Assembly (NCBI GenBank): GCA_043228905.1
Contig: JBHGNT010000007.1
Coordinates: 6,200,001-6,264,000, forward strand
Source: Azolla caroliniana
Taxonomy: Eukaryota; Plantae; Polypodiophyta
Direction of reading: 5' to 3'
Length of the DNA stretch: 64,000 nt
This document shows positions 22,201 to 34,500 of the stretch, in pieces. The position numbers and the translations under genes are program-made. The notes under the pieces were generated by a model, which saw only the letters and a program-made list of their open reading frames with translations, made no database searches and was not told the origin of the DNA. Every line of letters begins with the position of its first letter. Within the stretch, counting starts at the first letter, position 1.

Positions 22201-24413
22201 GGCAATGCTCGCAGAATTGATGGTCCGAGAAGGAGAGTTTAGGGATGTATCCGGCTCTAGATAGGTGCGTAATGCCGGCCTTGCTGAGGTGTCCTAATCT
22301 TCTGTGCCATAGTGATGACACAGGAATATCCACCAAAAACAGGTTACCCTCTCTGAGCGTAACATGTAACGGATACAGTGAGTGTATCTTGGGTCCTCTA
22401 GCAAGCAGGAGGTTCCCCCTGTGGAGTGTCCACCCTCCCGAAGAGAAACCGGCACGAATGCCGTCTTCATCTAGTTGTCCGACTGAGATCAATGGCCTTG
22501 AGAGCTCGGGTACATGTCGGACATTGTGAAGTACAAGTGTAGAGCCACCTGTAAGGTTGAGCTCTACTGTGCCGATTCCAATGATGTCACAGTGTTGCGA
22601 GTTGCCGACTCGAACTGAGTCGGAGTGACGGATCGTATATTGCCGAAATTGGGATCGATGAGGAGTCACGTGAAATGACGCGCCCGAATCTAAGAGCCAT
22701 GTGCTCGATTCTTCAGTCGTGAGCAGAACTTCTGATCCGACTGGATTTTCGATTGATAGTATATTCGGGTCGTTTGGTAGCACATCAGCTGAGAAGCTGA
22801 CGTAATTGATCTCCTCATGCCGGCCACTCTTCTTGTCTGATTTCTGAGACTTGTCGTTCTTGTTCTTGAGTGCGCGGTAGTCGGCTTTGATGTGTCCGGG
22901 TTTCTTGCAGTAGTTGCAGATTCGGTTATCCCGTGACTGGCTCCGTCTTCGCTGATTGTTCGGCGGTCGTGAGGAATCTCTTCCTCGTATGTTCGATCGG
23001 TCTGTCGAACCTTGTACTACATAAGCGTCGTCTGGTGAGTCTTTGGCGAAAGACTTTCTCCGAGCTGCTTCGGTCAGGATTGCGCTCGTGACTTCGGAGT
23101 ATTTGACAGCCGTGGTTGACGCGTTGCACACGGTTGTGACGAAAGTTTCCCATGATGAGGGAAGGCTGCTCATGAGTATCATTGCTCTGAGTTCATCCTC
23201 GATTGCCGTCCCCTGAGATGAGATTTGGGAGCTTATGCTTTCGTACTCATTAAGGTGTGCTTGAACCGAATCGGATTCTTTCATCCGCAAGTTGTAGAGG
23301 CGCCGGATCAGAAACATCTTCGTTGCGGCGACCTTCTTTTCGTAAGTGTCCGACAGTGTTTTCCACAGTTCGAATGCTGTCGTACACGATTGCACCGTAA
23401 AATATACCGATTCCGATAGGTGCATCCGAATCGTGGCGCGGACGATTCTGTCCAGCTTCTGCCACTCAATTGGTTTGTATCCTTCTGGAGGTTCTTCATT
23501 TTCGATGGGATCGATTTGCCCCTTGACTATGAGATAGTCCTGCATTTGCTCCTTCCAGAAGTTAAAGTTCGATCCATCGAACTTTCGTAGACTCATTTCT
23601 GACGAGCCGAATGTTGATGCCATCAGATTCGGTTTCGGTTGACGAAGCTCGGTTCGGAGTTGACTACGAACCTTGTTGGAGTGCAGCCGGTTGGCTCACC
23701 CGATATCGTTCTAGTCGGATTTGAACCCGAGTCGGTTCGGCTTCGGATATATGTATTGTTGAACTTGCTCGAATTGACTCTGGTAACTTGAGGGACAGAA
23801 CCAGCTGGTTTTCCCGGATGTTGCCGAGTCGGAGTGAGCCCGGTTCGCTTCGGATGTATATGCCGAATACCGATTATTGAAACCGATTGTCTGGACCGAT
23901 TCTGCTTCGGGTGACTGCAGCGACGAGAGAGACGGATCCAACTGATCCTCCAGAATGTCGATCAGCCGGATGAAGCACGAATTGGGGTTGTTGTCTTGAG
24001 ACCGATCTGCACCGAGTGGTTACAATGAGCGGCGAGCAGCGTTTGTTGACTCTTCAGATGCCGTTTAACCGAGTGGAGCACGATCGTGTCAATGTTGCAC
24101 AAGGGGATTTCACCTCGAGCGGTTACGATCACAGGGAACAGAGTACAACCGGCTGGCTTACTCCAAGCGAAGATAATCTAACGCGATGAGATGCAGGCCT
24201 CGTTTTTTTTTTTCTTCTTCTTCTCTCTTCTTCGAATGGTGCAAGAAACCGAATGCTGTGCAGGCTGAGACGACGGCCGACAGCGGATGTTGGAGGACCG
24301 AATACTGTGCAGGCTCTGATACCAGATGTTGTAAACAAGGTCGTCTATGCGGAAGATCAAACAGCATTCAATTCTGATGAGTACCTGCGTATGACAGTTT
24401 CAAGGTCGTGCAC

Positions 24414-24447
<34 letters not shown>

Positions 24448-24632
24448 ACAAAAGACTTTCTATTCAATAGAAACAATAATACAACACCCAACCTTACAAA
24501 AAGGTTACAAGGTCACTATATATAGTGACCGACTTAGGGCAACTACCGTTTATGCTAATTACACAAATGGCCCAAACTTGAGCTATACAAAGGGATAGTG
24601 TGAATACGTCCATTATACACTTGTATTCGACA
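19092..24632 (-). mobile_element. Ty1/copia element C, full-length and young
   Basis: 306-bp LTRs at 19092-19397 and 24327-24632 (about 2 differences seen), TSD GAAGA, PBS at 24313-24324, PPT at 19398-19405. Confidence 0.97.
19592..23623 (-). CDS. gag-pol: Copia gag-pol polyprotein, 1343 aa (Gag, PR, IN, RT, RNase H)
   Basis: Uninterrupted ORF with WLLDSGAS, LWHRRLGH, VSFIDD, NGIAERMNRT, YVDDML and ADGMTK. Confidence 0.95.
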   Translation of the reverse strand: MASTFGSSEMSLRKFDGSNFNFWKEQMQDYLIVKGQIDPIENEEPPEGYKPIEWQKLDRIVRATIRMHLSESVYFTVQSCTTAFELWKTLSDTYEKKVAATKMFLIRRLYNLRMKESDSVQAHLNEYESISSQISSQGTAIEDELRAMILMSSLPSSWETFVTTVCNASTTAVKYSEVTSAILTEAARRKSFAKDSPDDAYVVQGSTDRSNIRGRDSSRPPNNQRRRSQSRDNRICNYCKKPGHIKADYRALKNKNDKSQKSDKKSGRHEEINYVSFSADVLPNDPNILSIENPVGSEVLLTTEESSTWLLDSGASFHVTPHRSQFRQYTIRHSDSVRVGNSQHCDIIGIGTVELNLTGGSTLVLHNVRHVPELSRPLISVGQLDEDGIRAGFSSGGWTLHRGNLLLARGPKIHSLYPLHVTLREGNLFLVDIPVSSLWHRRLGHLSKAGITHLSRAGYIPKLSFSDHQFCEHCQYGKQAAASHPTSAPRDTRPLDLVHSDVCGPMPHQSLGGASYFVSFIDDSTRKVWAYPIRTKDRVFSIFSDWLAMVENQTDRKLKCFRTDNRGEFKSEEFVKFCRQRGIRREFTAPHSPEQNGIAERMNRTIQERIVSMLQHSGLSDGFWAEALLTAVHIINMSPSRPLGLQIPQELWIGSKPNYDKLRIFGCEAYALIPKDDRRKLAPRSRKCIFLGYGSDGEMGYRLWDPERRQIVRSSDVVFNESAMNPSVEKPIEVRRVTFSDVPTLQEGPALNTRSASRVAEPYTTDSDNSDSAQPNDSLSDHPTSIPDATSPIIPRRSERLSQPPERYSPGIFFTDAGEPTSYEEASTSVDSATWHLAMESEMHSIRANKTWDLVELPKNRRALPCKWVYRLKETSDSTTPKYKARLVAKGFRQEYGVDFDEIFSPVVKMTTLRFLLGVVAADNLELIQLDVKTAFLHGDLEEEIYMEQPKGFVATGQEHLVYRLRKSLYGLKQAPRQWYKKFDDFIQSIGFSKSDEDHCLFTNTAQDGSPIFLIIYVDDMLISGRHAGELADLIRQLRLKFAMKDLGPARHIFGMKISRHRDKRHLFLSQTDYIGRVLERFNMQSAKSASTPLPMNLRLSQRDCRTSGPEGEDMKSVPYAPAVGSLMYLMVATRPDISHAVGVVSRFMHNPGRSHWNAVKHVFKYLAGTKDHGILFGPNRTSGVVGYTDSDFAGCIDSRKSTTGYCFKFGNGAISWKSKLQECTATSTTEAEYVAASDAAKEALWLGRLAHTFRQVDHDSAPVVYSDSQGAVALSKNPVHHNASKHIDVQYHFVRDCVISGKIGLEKISTTDNVADGMTKCLSADRFRSLRHQMGVTTNQSG

Positions 24633-24929
24633 GAAGATACGGGCGACGACGCGCGCCACCGAGGAACTGCACGGGGCCTGCCCGAACGTGCGAGTCAAGA
24701 TCGGCGACGTCAAGATTGACCAGCACTTCTTCGTATAGGAGACGTCCTCAGATCCGGTCATATTAGGGGAACCATACATCACGGCGGTGAGAATGGAGAC
24801 CAAGGTGCTAGACAACGGTTCGGCCTACGCGAAGGTCAAAAGCCAGGACGGGCGCCATTCGGTCCAATTTCTGACGGTGCGACCGAACCACGAGCGAAAC
24901 CGCGAATCCCTTGGTGGCGAGAACCGGGA

Positions 24930-24996
24930 GGATTTTTAGAGAGGGCTGCCAAGGCGTGGGGCCGAGACAGTCTGGACACTCGGGAAAGACCCCACG
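24930..24996 (+). promoter_or_regulatory. Predicted -1 frameshift signal (B)
   Basis: G GAT TTT TAG, then stem GGGCTG/CAGTCT and GTGGGG/CCCCAC. Confidence 0.65.
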
Positions 24997-27900
24997 ACTG
25001 TACAATAGGTACGAAGTTTTGCTTCTCCAACAACGGAGGGTGTATGATAGTCGGCATCGTTGGCCGAGAAAAGACAAGGGCGGAAGTGCGACTTCGAGCG
25101 TGCGGAGTTCTCGGCCCGGACGAGGAAATCAGCGGAGCCGTGGAGGCGGTCTCCTTCGACGACACCTTGGGAATGCTGAGGAAGGTAGCCGGAGAAGACC
25201 TTAACGAAGACCGGACGATACCGGTATGTTCCGAAGAGATGTACGAAGTCATCGCGAACTTCAGTCGGGGGCTCGGGTCGGATCGGACGGCCCGAGTTAG
25301 CACGAAGTACAAGATTGTGGACCAGAAGGTAAGGCCAGTCGCGGCACCCTTGCCGGAGGGCAGCGAGTCCTGAATCAGAGGGGTGGCGTCGGACCCTAGT
25401 TTACGAGATCCGGCCTGCATAGGACACACCTTCACCGACGGGACGCTCCGAGAGCTCAAGATCGGTGGGGGCGGGTTCCTACTGCCGGCGGAGGAAGACC
25501 GGTTTCGGAAAATGCTCGGAAGGCATGGGAAAGCCTTCGCATTCTCGCCGGAAGAGATCGGGTGCGTAGACCCGACAATCGTGGAGCTGATGGTGATATT
25601 CACGGTACCGCATGTGCCGTGGAATCTCAAGCCGATTCCGGTACCAAGAGCTCACATCCCGGAGTTGATGGAGCTACTGAGGCAGAAAGTCGATATGGGT
25701 ATTCTCGAACCGTCGAGCGCGCCATACTCGAACCGATGGTTTACTGTACCAAAGAAAAACGGAACATTGCGCTTCATTCAGGACCTGCAGTCGGTCAACA
25801 GAGTGACCATTCGGAACGCAGGAATCGGACCGACCATAGACGAGTTCGCGGAGGCCTTCGCCAGAAGGTCGATTTACTCGGTCGGTGATCTGTACTCGGG
25901 GTACGACCAGTTCCAGCTAGCCGTGGAGAGCAGAGACATTACAACGATGCGAACTCCCCTCGGCCTAGTGCGAATGTGTACCCTGCCACAAGGAGGGACC
26001 AACTCGGTGGCCCACATGGTGAATGCAATGAACAAGGTACTGAGGGATTGCATCCCGGACATCACCATGCCGTTTCTAGACGATATCCCTATCAAAGGGT
26101 GCCAGGTGCAAGAGAAGGACGAGACAATCGAGCCGGATGGATGCCGGCGGTTCGTGGCAACACACATTGATGACTGCGAGAAGGTGCTGCAAAGGCTAGA
26201 GGATGCGAGGCTTACCTTCTCTGGGGAGAAATCGGCCTTCGGGCAATCGGAAATCCTGGTGGTCGGACACCTGTGCGGACCATATGGCCGGAAGCCGTCA
26301 CTGGCAAAGGTAGAAGCCATCTCCGCGATGAAGACCGACTGTAGCTCGGTTACGGAAGTTCGGAGGTTCCTAGGGGCATGCGCGTTCTACCACATATGGA
26401 TCCCGCATTACGCCCACGTTGCGGAGCCGCTATACGGGTTGCTGAAGAAAGGGCGAAAATTCGAGTGGCGAGACGAGCACACAGAGTCGGTCCGGAAGCT
26501 GAAGGAAGCTCTTGCGGCAGCACCGGCGCTTCGGAAGGCTGTCTACGGGAAGGGTACCCCGGTATACATAACAGTGGATACAAGTCCGACCGGGATCGGA
26601 TGGGTCGTCAACCAAGAGGACAAGGACGACATTCGGTTCCCGATTCGATTCGGCGCGAAGGTCCTCAGTGAACGACAACGAGGGTACGCCCAGGTTAAAC
26701 GCGAACTTTGGGGTATCGTTTCGGCAGTAAAGGCCGACAAAGACTACCTGATCGGGACAGAAGTGGTTATCGAGACGGATTGCCTGCCGATTCTCGGCAT
26801 GGTTTCCGGATGCGCGACACAGGACCTGGCGATGCTCAGGTGGATAGCGTACATCAAGTCCCTGGACCCGGAAATACGACACATTTCCGGAAAAGACAAC
26901 GCCATGGCCGACATGCTTTCGAGGGTGAGGTTTGATGACGAGGACGGCATGGTTTCGGAGGACGAAGAAGTCGGCGTGGACTTCTTCGAGGCGGCGTACG
27001 TGATGACCGATGGGGCGAGCACTTCGGCACTTAACGGCTTCGACGAGAGCAAGTACGACGGCGAGTGGCTCCAGATCGGTGGGTTTTTGAGGACAATGAC
27101 GCCGGATGCGTCATGGACGAGGGACGAGGCAAACCGGATCCGGAAGAAAGCATACCGATTCTTTCTCCGGGACGGATACTTATGGAAGCACCCGAAGAAG
27201 AGGAACGGCGTCCCGCTCCGGGTGGTGGCGATGAAGGAAGAACAGGAGGAGCTGTTGATGGCCTACAACGACAGCCCTTGGGCTGGACACCGTGGAACGT
27301 GGGCCACGTTCGAGAAGATAAAGGGGAAGTAATGGTGGCCGGGACTATACCGGGACATGCATCGGTTCGTGACAACTTGCGAGAGCTGTCAGATGCACTC
27401 CATAGTCCGACATCGGGACGAGCTTCACCCTACGTACCCTCCGACCATCCACTTCAAATGGATGGTAGACCTGGTGACGATGCCGATGGGAGTAGGACAG
27501 ATGCGGTATCTGGTCCTGGCTCGGGAAGATCTGACGAACCAGGTGGAAGGCCGAGCCCTTCAGAACAAAACGACTGCAGCCGTATGTCGGTTCCTGATCG
27601 AGGACGTGATATGCCGGTACGGGTGCGTCGGGAAGATTGTGGCTGATCGCGGGGAGTTGGACGCCGAAGAGGCCGAGGAGCTGTTCGACCGGCTAGGAGT
27701 CAAGCTCTCGCTTACCACTGCGTACAATCCGGAGGCGAATGGAAAGGTGGGGCGCGGACACGGACCAATCGTCAAGGCGTTAGTTCGGGCATGCGGAGGT
27801 CAAGTCAGGAACTGGCCGCGACTGTTGCCTTACGCGTTGTGGGCGGACCGAACTACGCACAGTTCGGTAACCGGATTCATGTCGGCAGATCTCATGTTTG

Positions 27901-28403
27901 GGCAAAAGCCGATCATGCCGATGGAACGTACGATCTCCTCATGGGCAACTGTGGACTGGAGAGACGAGATGAGCCGGGAGGAACTGTTGACGGCGCGCAT
28001 AAGACAGCTCGAGCGAAGACCGGAGGACGTGGAGCAGGCTGCGGAAAGGCTTCGGGTGGCCAGGACGAGGAACAAAGCCCGGTTCGACCGGACGCACTGG
28101 CTCCGACCGAAGAAGATCGAGGAAGGCGACTGGGTGCTATTCTACGACAGCAGCCTCGACAACCAACACCGAGCGACACGGAAGTTCGCAAGAAGGTGGT
28201 TCGGGCCTTACGTGGTACAAAGCGCCAACGACAACGGGACATACCATCTGGCGGAACTCGACGGCACGAGAATGGCGATACCGGTAGCTGGGAAGCGGAT
28301 CAAAGCGTTCAAGAAGCGACATGACGATGAGCCGGATCCGGTTAACCTGGACCGCGATGACGAACGATCCGAAACCGAAGAAGAACCGACGGGCGGGGAA
28401 TAA
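24937..28403 (+). pseudogene. pol: B pol (RT-RNase H-integrase), stops at about 25371 and 27330
   Basis: DLYSGYDQF, LPQG, FLDD, VDTS, ETDC, NAMADMLSR, GH..C..C, DRGE and GPY motifs; no chromodomain. Confidence 0.93.
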
Positions 28404-28476
28404 AGGCTGGACCGGTTTTCTCCGTCCGAACTCAATTTGGCGCATGCCAGTGGATGCGCGGTTAGGTGGGCGCGGA

Positions 28477-29122
28477 TGTCGTGAAGAAAACTGTCCACGA
28501 GCTGAATCGGTGCGCCGGAGCATAGGAACCGGCGCTTCAAGCATGTACGCCTTACGTTGTACATAAGGGAGCATTAGGGACGTAGAGGATCCTACGTAGG
28601 TAGATTCGGTAGGTAGGAAGTTATTAGGAAACGGCTCCTTCCTTGCCTATAAAAGGAGGGAGACGAGAAGGGGGAAAGGGGATCGCGGAATCAGAGAGGA
28701 CGAAGTGCTGTCGGATCGCGGACCGAAGGCTTCTCTCTCTTCCATACTCTGTAGCTCCTTTCTGTGCAGGTTTTCGGGAGGCTCGCGCTGCTCTAAGGAA
28801 TGCCCGAATGCTTCCGGCAGCACCTCCAACCTACTCTTTCTTTTCTGTGCGTTTACGAACAGGCATCGGCATCTGTTCGCCGGCCTGTTCGATTGTAACC
28901 AACGTCGTGCTTCTGTTGTTCGTTTTGTTAACATATATATATACATACATTCGTGTCTCTCTGTGTCGCTGTCCCACTCGCGTCTTTGTGTCGAAGGGCC
29001 GTGTCCCTGTGGATCTACGCTCGCACCTAGTGGGTCTCTTCTTCTCCTTTCTCTCTTGCTCTTCGGTACAGGACCCCCGAGGTCCTGCCTCATTCCACGC
29101 ATCCGCGAGGAATACCTTGACA
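28477..29122 (+). repeat. B 3' LTR
   Basis: TGTCGTGAAG...CTTGACA, preceded by a G-rich PPT. Confidence 0.92.
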
Positions 29123-29572
29123 ATGCGTCCGCACGCTCATCCGCACATACGCGTCCGTGTAAAACGTCCACGCGTATGCCCGAAACTTGCACATGCATGT
29201 ACATCCGAAGACATCCACGCGGCCATGTAGACGCGTGTACGCCCGAAGCATGCACACCACATAGTGTAGCCCAAGTCACCTTGAACATCCTATGCTCCAC
29301 ACATTGATAAAATGAATGTGTTTTGGTTTCCCTTATATATTCTGGGTTCCAATGTTGTCCTATCTATGTGGGATATCTCACAATTTTGTCTTTTCTTTTC
29401 TTTTCTTTAAACTTCACACTCACATAACTTGATACTTGTTTATCCGTTTTATGCGTAGTAAAATATGCTATGAAGCTCTTTAACACATATATCTTTCCAT
29501 ATCCATATATTAAGCTAATCGTAAATAATTATTTTACTAGTTTTCATATAGTGTGTGAAAAACCACACGATA

Positions 29573-30360
29573 GCGCGAGTCAAGAGCCTTGACAATCAAA
29601 GACCTGTTCAATTCCTTACGGTGTGGGTTAATCACGAAAGGAACCGAGATAGCCTTGGAGGCGAATCCTCAGATTTTTAGAGCAGTTTATTGAAGCATGG
29701 GGCACAAATAGTCTGAGCAATCATAAGTCCCCACAAGGAAGCGAAATAACTGGATCGCAAGGAGAAGCAACATGTGTGACACCTAGTGGTGCATGTAAAC
29801 TAACACTACTCAACAAGAAGGACAATCGTCGGATACAAGACTTCAAGAAGGTGCTGAAAGAAGAAAGCATAATCGAAGAAGAAGAATTTGTGTCTCATAT
29901 TCTGGAGGAAGCCTCATTTAACGACACAATCGGCGAAATCGAGGAAGTCATGGACTTGAGCTATCCTCACGATAAACATGTAATTTCGGTTAACTCTATC
30001 GACATGTACGCTATTATCGATGAATATCATCGAGGCATCTTGATGGATGAAGCTGAAGTCAACACAAAATATAAAGCGGTGGATAAGAAGATCAAACCAG
30101 TTGTGGTTCCGCTACCGGAAGATAGTTGGCACAAGATGAAGGAAGTTGCTAATGATCCGAGCTTAAGGGATCCAAAGGCAATAGGTCATGTCTTCACAAA
30201 AGAGACAAAAGCAAAGCTACAAGTTGGAAGGGAAGATTTCCTTCTCCCTGAAGAGGAGAGAATGTTCCGCGGAATGCTTGAGAGACATGGGAAAGCCTTT
30301 GCCTTCTCTCCACAAGAGATCGGATGTGCCGACCCGAAGATAATAGAGCCGATGGTGATG
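29573..30360 (+). pseudogene. pol: G1 protease end, frameshift site and pol N-terminus
   Basis: A GAT TTT TAG at 29671-29680, then TKYKAVDKKIKPV...HGKAFAFS. Confidence 0.82.
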
Positions 30361-30377
30361 GCACTTGAGTTCATACG

Positions 30378-30452
30378 GAGGGGTACAAGCAAGGTTTGAA
30401 CCTTGCACCTCTAAGATACAAGATAATTGCCTTACCACTAGGACAACTATCA
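30378..30452 (-). ncRNA. tRNA-derived Pol III A/B-box cassette in the G2 LTR
   Basis: TGTCCTAGTGGTAAG...GAGGTGCAAGGTTCAAACCTTGC. Confidence 0.6.
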
Positions 30453-31267
30453 TATAGTGTAGATTTTATGTATTTACTTTTCATATATGAATTATAGATG
30501 AAACAACCATTAGAAAACCATGTGCACAAAACCATGGTTCTAAACCCATGGTTTGTGCATGACATAAGCAAAACCGTGTGCACAAAACCATGGTTTTAGC
30601 CCATGGTTTTGTGCATGTCACAAACATGGAAAGACCTATAAAAGCCTCTAGTTGGGCTTGTGTAAGGGGGCTCAATATGTGATATCACCAACACCATTAT
30701 CATCAATATAATTATATTTGTCTTTATCTTCTTCATATTTTCTACTTCTCAAGTGTACAATCTTTCTTCTTCTCAAGTAAACCAATTTCATCTAATCTGT
30801 TGCAAAACAGCGCTCGATCACAAACCGAGGAATAGGGTCAACTCACAGAAAACGGGAAATACAAAGTGCACGAGGACAATAGAGAGAGGAGTACACAGGA
30901 TGTTTTACGTGGAAAACCCTAAATGGGAAAAACCACGGGAGTCCTCAAACTCCAACTATCACTATAAACAGAGGTGTACAATGGTGAAGCTACAAGGCAA
31001 CGACCTTGAGCTCACTGTCTTCGCCACAGGCGGCGGTGATACACAGAGATGTCGACCTCTTCGTTTCTCTCCCTCTCTCTCCGTTGCTCTCACTTTGCTC
31101 TCTAGACTGAAAACATAAAAATGAGCAACAACATTTAAACTGTTTGCCCTAAGTCATATTTATACACATATGACTTTCGGGCTATTTACAAATATAGCCT
31201 CAAGGGCTCTTGGCAAACATATTCACAAATATGTCCCCGCATCCGGATCTCTCTCCGGGTACATTTG

Positions 31268-31450
31268 TCATCCGGCTCCGTAACCGGGGTCTTCAGCATC
31301 CGGCTCCGTAGCCGGAGTCTTCAGCATCCGGCTCCGTAGTCGGGGTCTTCAGCATCCGGCTCCGTAACCGGAGTCTTCATCATCCGGCTCCGTAGCCGGG
31401 GTCTTCATCATCCGGCTCCGTAGCCGGGGTATTCATCATCCGATTCCCGG
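31268..31450. repeat. 28-bp U3 tandem repeat, about 6 copies (also at about 36076-36258)
   Basis: TCCGGCTCCGTARYCGGRGTCTTCAKCA units. Confidence 0.9.
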
Positions 31451-31500
31451 ACATCCGACCATCCCATCCGGAGGGACCGTAATCCCAACAAACTCCCCCT

Positions 31501-34500
31501 TCACTTCGGCATGGGATGTCTCTCCAATCCGATCCTTTTCCGGCATGCTTCCAGCTTGTCGGGTGTGAGTACCTTGGTCAGCATATCCGACCCGTTCTCG
31601 TCCGTGTGGATCTTCGTCAGCATGAACTCCTTGTCTTCTATCCTTTCCCGGATCCAGTGGTATCAACGTTGGATGTGCTTCGTCCGGGAGTGATAGGCCG
31701 CATTCTTCGCAAGGTGGATGGCACTCTGACTGTCGCAGTAGAGTCGGTACTCCTCCTGCCGGATACCGAGCTCTCTAATGAAGTCCTTCATCCATATTAT
31801 TTCCTTGCCGGCTTCAACAGCCGCCATGTACTCCGCCTCCGTGGTTGACAACGCAACCGTCTTCTGCAGCCTCGACTGCCACGAAACAGCTCCCCCTGCA
31901 TACGTCATCACATACCTTGATGTGGACCGGCTGGTATCTGCATCAGCCGACATATCCGAATCGGTAAAGCCGTCGAGTTCGGGCTTACCGGAGCCGAATC
32001 GGAGGCACACGTTTGCCGTGCCCTTCAGGTATCGGAGTATCCACTTGACCGCGTTCCACTGCTCTTTGCCGGGATTGCTCATGTACCGGCTCACCACTCC
32101 GACTGCGTATCCTATGTCCGGTCTTGTACACACCATTGCGTACATCAAGCTTCCGACGGCAGAGGCATATGGTACTTTCATCATGTCCTCCTTCTCAGCC
32201 TTTGTCTTGGGGCTTTGCTTGCTGGACAACTTGCAGTTTGCCGGGAGGGTTGACCCGACCGGTCTTGCTTCCGACATGTTGAAGCGGTGAAGCACCTTTG
32301 TCACGTACTTCTCCTGTGACAGCCACAACTGCTTCTTCTTCCGGTTCCGGATGATGTGCATCCCTATTATTTGCCTCGCCGGACCCAGGTCCTTCATTGA
32401 GAAAGTTCGGTGAAGCGCTTTCTTCAGCATCCGTATCTTGGCCTGGTCCCGTCCGACGATCAACATGTCGTCCACGTACAGGAGGAGTATTAGAAAGTCT
32501 CCTCCTTCGAACTTCTTCACAAACACGCAGTGATCGGACTGCGTTTTGTGGTAACCTTCGTCGGTCATGAAAGAGTCGAACTTCCGGTACCATTGCCGGG
32601 GAGCCTGCTTCAGTCCGTAAAGGCTCTTCTTCAACCGGCATACCAGGTGCTCCTTCCCTTTCTTCTCGAATCCTTCCGGTTGCTGCATGTAGATCTCTTC
32701 TTCGAGGTCACCGTGAAGGAATGCCGTCTTCACGTCCATCTGTTCTACCTCGAGGTCCACGCTTGCCGCTATGCTCAGCACCGTCCGGATGGAGGTCATC
32801 TTCACTACCGGGGCAAATATCTCGTCGAAGTCGACGCCCTTCTTCTGCTAGAACCCCTTCACTACGATCCTGGCTTTGTATCTCGGGGGGTTTCCGACAT
32901 CTCCCGGTTTCAGCTTGAACACCCACTTGTTTCGAAGTGCCCGCTTTCCTTTCGGCAACTCCACAAGTTCATATGTGTGGTTCTCATGCAGGGAATCCAT
33001 CTCCTCCTGCATGGCACTTAACCACCTGCGGCTATGGGTGTCAAGTTTTGCTTCTTCAAAGCTCTCCGGCTCCCCCTCGTCGGTTAGCAGCACGTGCTCT
33101 GGTTCCGGAAATCTCCGGGGGGGCCTTCTCTCTCTTAGAGGATATCTCCGTTCCGGAGCTTCGGTAACCGGCTCCTCCGTTTCCTCTTCATCCGAATCCA
33201 TTTCGGGATCGGGGCCGGTTCCGGTATCAGTTTCGTCTTCCTCGGCCGGTTCTGTTTCTTCACCGTCTTCGGCCGGATCCTCGAGTGCTAACCGGTCCCT
33301 TGCCGGTCGGGACTGCTCTTCGTAGAGTTGATCCTCACCGGTCGACTTGGAGCTCTTCATCTTCTTCTCCGACTCCCAGTTGGCGAGTGTCTTGTCCTCC
33401 ATGAAGATGATATCTCGACTCCTGAATATCTTCTTGTCGACCGGGTCCCATACTCGGTAGCCGAACTCGTCGTCGCCGTAACCGAGGAATATGCATGGCC
33501 GGGTCTTTGGATCTAACTTTCCTCTCCGGTCCTTTGCCACATGCACGTATGCGAGACATCCGAACACCTTCAGATGCCGGTAGGACACTTCCTTACCGGT
33601 CCACACTTTCTGCGGCGTGTCTCCGTCCAAAGGTACTGAGGGTGATCTATTTATCACATACGTCGCCGTCGACATTGCCTCAGCCCAAAATCCCTTGGGT
33701 AATTTCGCATGTGCTAGCATACTCCGGACCCTCTCCATTATGGTCCGGTTCATCCTCTCGGCCAGCCCGTTCAGTTCCGGCGTCTTCGGCACAGTAAACT
33801 CGAGCCGGATTCCCTTCGAGCGACAGTACTCTGCGAACTGCCCCCGGTATTCCCCTCCGTTATCCGCTCGTATCGCTTTCAGCTTCTTGCCAGATTCTCT
33901 TTCCACTCTCGCGTGGAGTTCTTTGAAGACGGACAATACTTGGTCCTTTGTCTTCAACGGTGCCGTCCACAGCTTCCGGCTATGGTCATCTATGAATGTT
34001 ACGAAGTACTGAGCTCCGCCATGTGACTTCGCTTCTACTTGACACACATCAGTGTGTACCAACTCCAATGGTGCGCTACGTCTCGTCGGTGGCCTTGAGT
34101 GGAAGGAGGTCCGGTTTTGCTTACCGGCCAGACAGTCGGTACACTTCCCCAGGTGTACGTGCTTTACCGGTATCAAGTTGTCATCGGCAAGCCTCTTCAT
34201 CCCCTTCTCACTCATGTGGCACAGTCTCTTGTGCCACAGCTCACCGGCAGTGTCGGCTGCCACGTTCAGCTCCTCCGGACATAGCCGGGAATTCATCAGG
34301 TACAGTGTATTGACCTTCCGGGCCCAAGCCACTATCAGGCTCCCTTTGCTGAACTTCATGACACCGTTCCGGATGCTACCCGTGTAGCCTTCATCATCTA
34401 GCCTCCCGGCCGAGATCAGGTTCAATCGGACCTCCGGAACGTGTCGAACATCCTTCAGCAGCATCTTGCATCCGGTTGATGTCATCAGCCACACGTCTCC

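Larger units (their letters stand above)
16628..29122 (+). mobile_element. Ty3/gypsy element B (contains copia C)
   Basis: LTRs at 16628-17255 and 28477-29122, TSD ACGC/ATGC, gag-PR-RT-RH-IN domain order. Confidence 0.93.
15682..29572 (-). mobile_element. Solo LTR of the G1 family, antisense in G1, split by gypsy B (own sequence 15682-16627 and 29123-29572)
   Basis: Both halves match the reverse complement of 1215-2536. Flanks ACGT and GCGC differ by two transitions. Confidence 0.82.
1215..30360 (+). mobile_element. Gypsy G1 (host element, 3'-truncated); own sequence 1215-4622, 15670-15681 and 29573-30360
   Basis: 5' LTR, tRNA-Trp PBS and gag-pro are present. The reading frame resumes at 29573 (ARVKS..VQFLTV) and runs into the pol N-terminus before breaking off. 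Confidence 0.8.

Noticed and set aside
28320-28476. Chromodomain or env-like ORF after integrase
   Set aside because: IN ends in a short acidic tail about 70 bp before the 3' LTR in both B and L.
31268-31450. 28-bp repeats as a CRISPR array
   Set aside because: Head-to-tail with no spacers, and duplicated in both LTRs of E.
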